Below, one piece after another: positions 54,813-64,000 of a stretch of 64,000 nucleotides of DNA; the stretch's first letter is position 1, and every line of letters begins with the position of its first letter. This DNA comes from Epiperipatus broadwayi (taxonomy: Eukaryota; Animalia; Onychophora), in the NCBI GenBank assembly GCA_028023455.1, contig JAQFVV010000006.1, positions 930,001 through 994,000 of the forward strand. The letters are read 5' to 3'. The notes below the pieces were generated by a model. That model was given only the letters and a program-made list of their open reading frames with translations, was not told the origin of the DNA and did not search any database. The translations under genes and the position numbers were made by a program.

Positions 54813-55219
54813 ATTTCAAAGGATTGTGGTATGTGTTTGTATGCATATTTTTTGATGTTTAGGTCAAATTTGATCAGACTCCCATTATATTTAATTGTTA
54901 GTCTTGTTTATATTTTTATCGTTTAGCATATTCTTGGCTGAAAAATTAATAGAAACCAGAATAATTGTTTTTAGGAGAAAGATTTGGTAATTCAGGTAAG
55001 ATAAATTTTCTCACAGTCTATTCGGATTAGAATGTGTTTGAACCTGCTGAGAGGTGAGCCTAGTATCTATGTGTAGGGCATTTCCAAAGTTAATCACAAC
55101 ACTAATAGCAAATACTGTTACTTCTGTCTTAAGTGGTTTTTATTTAATTTTGTATCTGCATTGCATTGTCTTAGTGCTTTGTCAAGCCACAGAACTTTTT
55201 CACTCACATCTAAAAATAA

Positions 55220-55385
55220 TATAAGGGACTTGAACCCGAACTTTCAAGCTTCCTACATCTATCTAATTTATCATACAACTGATACACTTGACCACATACA
55301 TTCGAAAAAGATAAATGATCCTTAATATCCATATTTCATGCTGAAACAGTGCTCTTCAGTTGGTCCAGATCACAATCTCTCACCC
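55220..55385 (-). mobile_element. Family-2 left arm only, marking the array's right end
   Basis: Minus strand ccaa-CTGAAGA-gcactgtttcagcat-GAAA-tatgga-TA; unit homology stops at ~55385. Confidence 0.75.
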
Positions 55386-56739
55386 ATATATACTTAAGCA
55401 GTAAAATCTGTTATACATATTTTTGCTTCACTGTCTAGTGATATTAGAAACCTTAAACCATAGGTTCAAACCCATCTACATGCCTGTTTAATCACTAGGG
55501 AGTGCAAGTACACATATATACGCAATTACCCTCCCTTTTTGAAAGTTTTAAAAGTTTATTTTCAATAAAGAATATTTATTAGTTTTAAAAAGGAAATATT
55601 TATAATATCCATCACATCAAATAATCGTGTATGTGTGTGTATGTATTATAGATACATAAAAATGTTGTAAATAATATTTATCAGTTTACTAAATATATTT
55701 TGTATTTTATAATTTATATAATTCCTGTATTTTATTATTAAGCTGACGCAATATCAGAGAAGGTTCTGGAGAATAATTAACTCAAATTTATAAACAAAAG
55801 AACATATTTTGTTCAATTTAAAAATGTCGTTATTAAATTAGATTTATTTTACAAATGCTAACATTAATGGAAATTATATCTCTTGAATCTATTTCCAATC
55901 TTGAAATAGATTAAACCAATACTATCCAGAACTTTATCTAGTTGTCATCTTTGAAATGTAAATCTCAAACAAAGGCTAAGTAAAATCAGGCCAGGTAATG
56001 CAACATCCGGACCTTGCCAGTGACCAGGTAATAGAAGTTTCTAGAAGTTTTTGTTGGCATATAAGTACAGTCAAAATTCTATGCTAGCCACTTTTTGCTT
56101 TTATTTTAGAAAGTGTTGCTGAATGAATCCACGCCACTCAAAATTTTGAATCATGACTTCTGAGTAGAGGGAAGATTTGCTTTCCCAATCTATTAAGATT
56201 GTCTCCATATCACCATGCTACTATACCATTGCCACTTAAGGATTGGTTTAATTAAATGCTAAACTAATTTTAAAAAGATGCCAACCATTATTTTTCTGAA
56301 CTCTGCATTGCTGACTGTGTTCTCCATATTTATTTCTTATGCGTATCAATGTGTACAGCCATCAAATCATCAAGTAATAGAAGGTAATCCCATCTATGCT
56401 GTGAACATGAACTTTTAAAATCTTCATTTATGTAATTTTAATCTGTTTAAATTATAATGTAACTCTCTGTTTATTTAATAATTGGCAGTGTAGTGCCGAT
56501 TATCATAATTCTTGTAAATTAATGATTTTGTCACTCTGTAAAAATATAATACATGAATCTATAGATTTTATTCCCTTTTAAATATATTTACTGGGTTTCA
56601 AAATGAAATGGATTCCAATGCCTAAATATCAGATGAGCAGGTTAAATTTACTAGGAGAATTTATAATGGTTTGTGTCATATTAATTTTTTCTCAACAAAT
56701 AATACAAATAGATTACTTAATAACTCTAAAATTCAAAAT

Positions 56740-57045
56740 TCAAATTGTAATCAAAATTGTATTATATATAAATTGATATGTAAATGTGGCTTACAATATA
56801 TCAGTGAATCTAAGTGTACATTTGAGAAGAGAATAAAAGAACATATGCTTTTATATAATAGAATTCAAAAAGAGAAAAGAATCATGAAAATATGTAAATA
56901 AACTTTCATCATCTGTTATATTTGATCATAATAAATCTTGTCAACATAGATTTAAATTTAATTATAAAATATAAAAATTATGCAAATTTAACATTGCCAC
57001 AATAAATGTAAAATAAAAGAGGCTATGTTGATTTCAAGAAATCAT
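56740..57045 (+). pseudogene. Penelope-like element GIY-YIG endonuclease remnant
   Basis: CIIYKLICKCGLQYISESK...EKRIKEH, then SSVIFDH...QHRF and KIKEAMLI in shifted frames. Confidence 0.8.
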
Positions 57046-57164
57046 CAAATGTTAATGAATTGGCAATCATCAAATGTTAAAATAACAGAAGTGTGGGAGA
57101 ACTAAATCTAAATTGAACTATGGTTATTATCAAATGATGACTCATTTTGATTATTCAATGTTAT

Positions 57165-57210
57165 ATGGTTGATAAAGATTACAAGATGTATAGTCGAAAG
57201 TACTTCTAAA
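57165..57210 (+). ncRNA. Degenerate HHR-like motif downstream of the Penelope endonuclease
   Basis: TTGATAA-a-gatta...tagtc-GAAA-GTAC-TT; stem II pairs, core mutated, stem I lost. Confidence 0.4.
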
Positions 57211-57317
57211 AATAACTATAATTTATGTGAATTTTATTGTATTTTGATATATATATATAAATATATTGATTTGAATATTATGTATATATTTATATTTAAT
57301 GTCTTCATGGTCATATG

Positions 57318-57656
57318 ATGTAAATAAATTAGTTTTGGGGGTTAAACTGTCAAATAAAATGATGAAGCACAGGAATATTCCAATCTTATGGAGACCATTT
57401 ATTTTATCTCTTCTAATATAAATTTGAAATCAATTAATGGTAAAATTGAAGAAAATAAAATTTTTAGTTAATCTGCATATTTTAAATGCTCACCTATTTT
57501 ACGCTCAGTCTCATTCTTTACTTCGCACTGAATCTCAGGATCTAACGATTTTTCTTTAAAAATTTAACTTTGATAATGGTAGTTGATTTTCACTGAAACG
57601 TTGGGAAGTAATCAAAAATAATTTGCTGTTTAACCCCAAAACTACTTTATTTACAT
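57318..57656. mobile_element. MITE-like element with ~38-bp TIRs
   Basis: atgtaaataaattagttttgggggttaaactgtcaaat is inverted relative to atttgctgtttaaccccaaaactactttatttacat; TSD unclear. Confidence 0.6.
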
Positions 57657-57712
57657 AACTAATAATTTTTAGAGGGCACATTAGTAATTTTAATGATTAT
57701 CAAATATGTAAT

Positions 57713-58070
57713 AAAACAGGCAAAACTCTCTATACGTATTGCCACTCCCTGCAAGCCAGAGTAATCAATGGATGCCAGAAGGCTTGTGCATAAAATCCCC
57801 ATCTAATGCCTACTCATCCAATATCCCCAGAGTAGTTTCTGGCATATGGCCTTCATCATTGAGGAGCCTTGGATCTGAGAGCACTACACTTAGATCTTAG
57901 AATCCAATGAGTAGGCACTAGATGGGGATTTTATGCACAAGCCTTCTGGCATCCATTGATTATTCTGGCTTGCAGGGAGTGGCAATAGGCATAGAGAGTT
58001 TTGCCTGTTTTAATAACAGTTATAAGCAAGCATAAGAAATGGTGATCACGTGATGTTTATTGATTCAAAC
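57713..58070. mobile_element. Family-1 fold-back element
   Basis: ~104-bp near-perfect arms 57713-57816 and 57908-58011; minus-strand HHR in the loop (ATGATGA...GAAA-ctac-TC, mutated); ~60-nt unpaired tail. Confidence 0.88.
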
Positions 58071-59998
58071 ATATAATACTGAGAACATTATTAACCTATT
58101 CATGTAACAAACTTGTTCCATGAAATGGTTTCCATCTTGAAACAATATAATTTTTGTAACTAATAACTCTTTCGATATATGACAAATCTTTTTCAAGATT
58201 AATTAATTGGTTCATAGCACTCTATGGAATAAAACAGTCAAGTCATAAAAAGAATTGGTTTTGGAAAGTAATAAGAACAAAAAGAGTTAGTTAAGTATTG
58301 TAGAAAGATTCGGATGGAGAAAATTTCTGATGGATGAAATAAGGAATTAAATAAGATGTAGAGTTAGAGAAATTACAAAGGAGTTTAAAGAAAAGGATAT
58401 AAAAGATAGAAGAAACAAGAATAGATATTAATCTATATAAAGGAGGAGAGTAATTACTTTTAGGTGGAAATAGTGGAGGAAGAAGATAAAGCTTGTTTTA
58501 GAACATGATATAAGATGTTCACACATTTTGAAAAATAGATGTTAAAGTCAACCAATATCAAATATAAAGCAGATAAGATTGTAAATGTATAAATTACAGT
58601 ATAATTTTGATTAAATTGATAGAGAAATTCTCGGTTCCTTTATATATAAAAAAACAGACCGATTTTTTTTTTTTTTTGTAAAAGCAATTTTAGAATGCAG
58701 ATGGAAAACGGAGAAACTAAGTAAAGAGTTAATTTAAAATGTCTAGATTTTTTGGCAACATTTTTTATATTTAAATAAAATTCAATTTATTGACATTTTG
58801 TGCCGTTTTTGATTTGAGTTTATGATAATATAACCCTGTTTCCATAAATCGATTTTAAATTGCATTTTGAAATGCCTTTTTTTAAAAAAAAACTTTGCAG
58901 GTCTCCTAATGAGAGAAACGGAGAGAACTACCACTTTTGCAGAAAAAAATTTAAAAACAATTTAACCATTTATTATATATAAAAAAATATGAATTAATAA
59001 CTTAAAATGAACGGAGAACTGGTTTATAATTCTGAAATTAAACAAAAATGACATTTAAAAAAACACAAATAAAATTGATTTTACATTATTTCAAAAAGTA
59101 TTTTTCAAATTAATTGGCCTTTTTTTTAATGCCTATATTTTCAGATTTTTATGTTTTAAAAATTAAATAATTTATTAAAACATAATATAAATGTTAAATA
59201 TCTCTCTGGTCTAGATTGAATAATTAGCCATAATATGATACGATAAAGTTAAGAGTGAACATAGACTCACGCTCATAAAAGGATGATACCCCCCCCCCCC
59301 ATTCGTCCAATACTAGTATCGGCTGTATTTTATTACATTCACGTGAACAAATTTATACTCTTTTAAGAATACAGGTTAATATAAAACCATTATTTTTAGC
59401 TAAAAATAGCTAGATACCCATTTACTGACTACTATTGGATAGGTAGATAAGTTATTTATATATATCTAATTGAAAGAAAAAATCTAAATTTGATCGTTAC
59501 TGAAAAATATTTAGGTTTTATCTGGCTTAAGGTTTAACCTCCTAATTATTGCTGATAATAGTCTGATATTAATCGCTCTACCAGAGTTTAAACTCGTAAT
59601 TATTGTTGATGGTAGTTTGATATTACTTGTGCCCGTATTAATGCAGTTTATTCTGCTATACCAGGGTTTAAACTGTACCCCTGTTAATGCAATTTATTTT
59701 CCTAATAAATTTATGAAATATATAACTAATTAAAAAAAAAAGAAGATCAACTTCCCCCTTTCAATTAAGATAATTTATGTAACCTAAAAAAAACTTAAAT
59801 AATTAATTAATAAAGTAAATTATTTATTTAGTATGTGTTTTTTTTAGATCAACTTAACAAAGTAGCATTGATTTGCTTGAGATAGAGTGAAAGATGAATA
59901 GATCGAAAAATCCTGAGTTTAAATCCATTTACTTACATATACATATATATATGAAAAATTCAATATAAACAAGTTACATATTATCTTAGAATTGTCAA

Positions 59999-60047
59999 GC
60001 GTTGGTGGCCGAGTGGTCAGCATAGCTGCCTTCCAAGCAGTTGTCCC
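59999..60047 (+). mobile_element. Truncated tRNA-Gly(TCC)-derived SINE head or tRNA pseudogene
   Basis: gcgttggtggccgagtggtcagcatagctgccttccaagcagttg; anticodon TCC at 60032-34; T arm missing. Confidence 0.8.
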
Positions 60048-60775
60048 AGCCTACGCTTTTTCATATTGTAACAGTCAGAAAACGTGTGACTCGTTTAACA
60101 TAGTGTAGAATTCGACCACCACACAGAACGGCAGCACCATCGAGGTAGCAAATCCACCCATAGTACTGAGTTCGAACATAGTTTATCGGTTCCACAATAC
60201 AATCTACGAAACAACGCATCTGATGCGACATTAGTAAACATTTCTTTAGGCACGGTGGTCAGGGTTTGCAAGAGATTCATGATTTTATTCCGAGCCAGCC
60301 AATAATAACACTAATATTAATTAAATTTATATTTACAAATCGAGGAATATAATGAATGGGTTTCGAATAAATAAACGTAATTGCAGACGTATAGTTTAAA
60401 ATTATTTATTGAAACATTTTTTTAAAAAATCATTTACTAATAATATTTTATAGATTTAAAGTTTCAGTAGCGGGATTTGCGATACTATTATATTAAAGAA
60501 ATACATTTATTTATTTAGACATGTTTTATATTTAAGACCTCAGTAGCAGTATTTCCGATACTGTAATGTTTACAAAAGAAAAACATTTATTTGATGACGT
60601 AATCTAGCTACCTAAAATTCTCGAGCAAGCATTTCTAAGGCATGCATTGAGGGATTTATACCTTTGCAATGCAAGAGTCTAAAGTAAAATTTATAAGAGT
60701 AGTGGTGGACATATATTTATTTAATTAAAATATTTATTAACAACTAGGGGCAAACATTTATTTGAGAGTGAGTTA

Positions 60776-61138
60776 TGTCACTAATGCAGGGACGGAGTGA
60801 TACATAGAATAATAAAGTTAAAAAAACACGTGGTACATTTTAGAAAGGCGATATGGAATGGCAGTATATTGAAACTGCATAGCCATGAATGAGTTTATAA
60901 GAACAAGAACGATGGGCTGGCATTTGCCATCGGCCCAAAGAGGTAAGGTGTCACATAAGCATAACCAGGGACAAGCGGTTCGTGCCGCGATTGCCTGCTG
61001 GCTGCATGACTTTTCGTCAAGCCCTACAGGAGCATTTATTATGTCCGTTTGTGTAGGACGACTAAGGTTAATTTCAACCCTATTGAATCTGGAATATTCA
61101 AGGCTTGGAATGGGTCATCGCGTCTCTAAAGCGTAACA
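60776..61138. mobile_element. Possible solo LTR
   Basis: GC-richer block bounded by TGTCAC...GTAACA; no TSD found. Confidence 0.25.
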
Positions 61139-62784
61139 CATGTATAATATATAGATGATTCTGGTAAGACTTAAATATATTTTCTAACTCGGCCCTACAT
61201 TATCAACATTTAATAAAGAATGTTGGCGACTCTCAAAGAAATGCAATTTTATGGAATTATTAATTAAGATTTAATAAATATAAAACATATATAAACTGGG
61301 TGATTATTACAACTAATACGCCAGCCATTTGCTAAGTAGTAGACCCCTGCATTACAATAAATGAAGCATTGAATGCGTGTCGATTTATATGAAAATTAAG
61401 TTATTTATGAAAGTAAATATTAATGAAAATTTGACACGCATTCACTGTTTCAAGTGATCATAGATTTAAACTTAGAAAATTATGAGCATGCGATAATTAT
61501 ATAATAAAGTGTAGATTTTAGAAATACGTACCCAAGAAAGATAGAGTGAGGTAAGCTAGATTATTAGAGAAATTTACACAATAAATTAATTATTAAATTT
61601 TAGTTTTACAAATGATAATTTTACATTTTATAAGTTATATAAGTAGTATGAAGAATGAGCTATAGCATATTAGTAGAGTACTCTAGAGAATTTAGACACA
61701 GGTACCTGTTTATGAGAAGTTTTCCGATTGTGTGATCAGTAGCAAATTGTTCATGATTGTAGCATTAGCAGTTCCTTACAGCATTTAGATGATTCGTATA
61801 ATTTACAGCAGCAGCTTTCAAATTATTTTAGGCAGCACATCTTCGTGGTTGAATTTATGAAGGACAATGGAAGGTTTGGCATCCGATATGCCTTCTCCCG
61901 GGCGGAGAATAGTCTGGGCGCTTTTACTCGGTCATACCGTGGCAGGAACAATTTATTCTATATTTTGGAGACTCTCAACTGATCGAGAGCAGAGCTAAAG
62001 TTAAAGTTCTGTTTCTAGCAAGTCTAAGATGGCCTCTCTTCTTAGATCTTATCTTTCACATTTTTGTTAGTGTATTTTTAGATTCCACTTAATCTGCCCT
62101 GAGGATAATCAATGCATTTTTGGTTAATTCTAATTAGAGAAAACTGCCATTCTATTGTTTACGTTTAGATTTTACATTTAGTTTTTGCAATTAGATTTTA
62201 GGGAATTTTTCTTTAATTAATTAATCTATTATCTCTCACCGACCGATGCTTTTAAAATTTCAAAGACAAAAGGGAACGTACGATTACTTTTACTTTTAAT
62301 TAAATATTACATCAGATTTCTAAAATTATTATTAAATGAAATTTAAACAAAGCAATAAATAATGGATTTTACAATTCAAAATAAATGGTTAAAAATATAT
62401 ATAGTTTTTATATAACTAAAAGAAATCTAAATTATATTATTTATCTTTATTTATTGCCTTAAATTTGAGATTGAAATGTGTGCGTGTTTATGTTGAATTC
62501 TACATATATCTATACATTTTTAATATTGTTATACACACAATTCGATACCAAAAAGTTTAAATTTGGGCAGGATAGAACGGTGAGTGAGAAACGATAGAAA
62601 AAGGCGAAACTTAAGATTCGAATATGAATCTTACTGTTCAATATATATATATAAATATTATCTTAGAATTTCATATTGCTTGAGAAATAGAATACACCTT
62701 AATGTAAGTCTAGCTCATTCTTCTCCTTTTAATATATAAGGATACATAATGGTCTGATAATATGAAGGATTAGATTGAAGTAAT

Positions 62785-63700
62785 GCCTACATGGGTATGA
62801 TTACAATGTCAGATTCAATAAGGGTTCTGAGCATTCCATCATTTGTTTTTCAATGACATGGACAATTGACTAGTTGGAAGAGTGAGAAGATTGAAGCCAT
62901 CCATTAAAGTTTGAGGAATTGATATTTTAGTATAAACCGAGCACTGATTGTATATATGGGTGGGAAATTATGATCTGGTCCAACCGATAAGTGCTGATCC
63001 TGCATGAAAATGTGTATATTACGGATCATTTATCTTTTTTGCATGCGTGTTGTCATGTGTATCGGTTGCTTGAGATGGAATGGGCAAATAAACTGAAAAA
63101 TCCTGAGTTCAAATTTCTCTCCTTCTATATAGGAATTTATAGGACTTAAACCAGAAAATAAAGTCACTATTGATTTCATTAAGTCTTTCAATTCCGCCAC
63201 TAAATCCATAAGATTTTGATATCATTATCTATATAGTTTGGGTTTGTCCACATCTGCATAGCTCAGGACTGTTAAATGCCATTTGTGAAATTGGTAAATT
63301 CAATAACTGTGAATGACCTGATTCTTTTGATGAGATTCTAATAATGTCCAGGTTGCAAATAAGTAGAGGAATTTGAACTCAGAATTTTCAGTCTACTTGT
63401 CCTCTGTTCCATCTCAAGCAATCGATGCATGTGATTACACATATGCAAAAGATATATGATTCCCTATATACATATTCCATGCAGCACCAGCACTCATCAG
63501 TTGGGCAGATTACAATCTCCCACACATATATACAATCAGTCTCTCGGTTTATATTAAGGTAGCAATCCATCTAACTTTAATGGACAGATTTCAATCTTCT
63601 CAACCTTCCAACTATTCAACTGTCCATTTCATTGAAAAACCTACGATAAAAAGCTCAAAACCCTTATTGGATTTGATATTGTAATCTTACCCATGTATTG
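62785..63700. mobile_element. Family-2 tail-to-tail inverted pair of ~340-bp monomers
   Basis: 62785-63120 is inverted relative to 63362-63697; HHR cores: plus CCGATAA...GAAA (~62983-63009), minus CTGATGA (63494-63500)...GGAA; extra 3' end at 63720-63760. Confidence 0.85.
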
Positions 63701-64000
63701 TTTGCTTGAAATGAAGTGGAGGACGAATAGTCTGAAAAAATCCTGAGTTCAAATCCCTGTATTTAAATCATTTTAAGTAAGATTGTACATTAAACGATTA
63801 ATAAAAGAGAAAGATTATTTATGCTATATACGGAAAGGATTTTAATTTGATCGAATCTTTAGTAAATTTTAAATCTATATTTAAATTGAAAAGAAATATA
63901 GCAAACTTTGATCTAATAAAAGGAGATTAAAGGGTAATTACTGTAAAATAGATATTTACTAAAAATCTGACATTTATAAGATTTGAGCAATGTATTTCAA

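Larger units (their letters stand above)
17500..55385. repeat. Diverged tandem array of ~5.9-8.2 kb units (5 units plus the start of a sixth)
   Basis: Colinear anchors, e.g. cttcacagttc at ~18797/26690/32592/40792/48491 and gagc(a/g)cctgaga at ~24270/30085/38305/46230/51930; length differences are explained by unit-specific insertions. Confidence 0.95.

Noticed and set aside
59190-59800. Possible mitochondrial rRNA NUMT
   Set aside because: Only a weak tagatacc resemblance to 12S; no other conserved rRNA motifs recognised. It contains a short ~57-bp internal duplication (59520-59620) instead.
60095-60280. GC-richer ORF-like block
   Set aside because: No recognisable protein in any frame and no splice support; probably a TE fragment.

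Overview
Very AT-rich eukaryotic (probably invertebrate metazoan) genomic DNA. There is no convincing intact cellular gene, rRNA, functional tRNA or CRISPR array. Recognisable elements: RTE and other LINE fragments, a pogo transposase remnant, two Merlin-type elements, a hAT MITE, a Penelope GIY-YIG remnant, tRNA-derived SINEs and a SINE-derived ~85-bp satellite. About 17.5-55.4 kb is a diverged tandem array of five ~6-8 kb units plus the start of a sixth. The main unexplained signal is two families of short non-coding elements carrying type I hammerhead ribozyme (HHR) motifs. Both mostly occur as inverted (fold-back) pairs. Family 1 forms a graded series of insertions (19 bp to 920 bp) with 8-15 bp target-site duplications and empty homologous sites in sister array units, consistent with Penelope-type retroposition. 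All alignments and coordinates were read by eye, so boundaries are approximate unless a TSD or TIR defines them.
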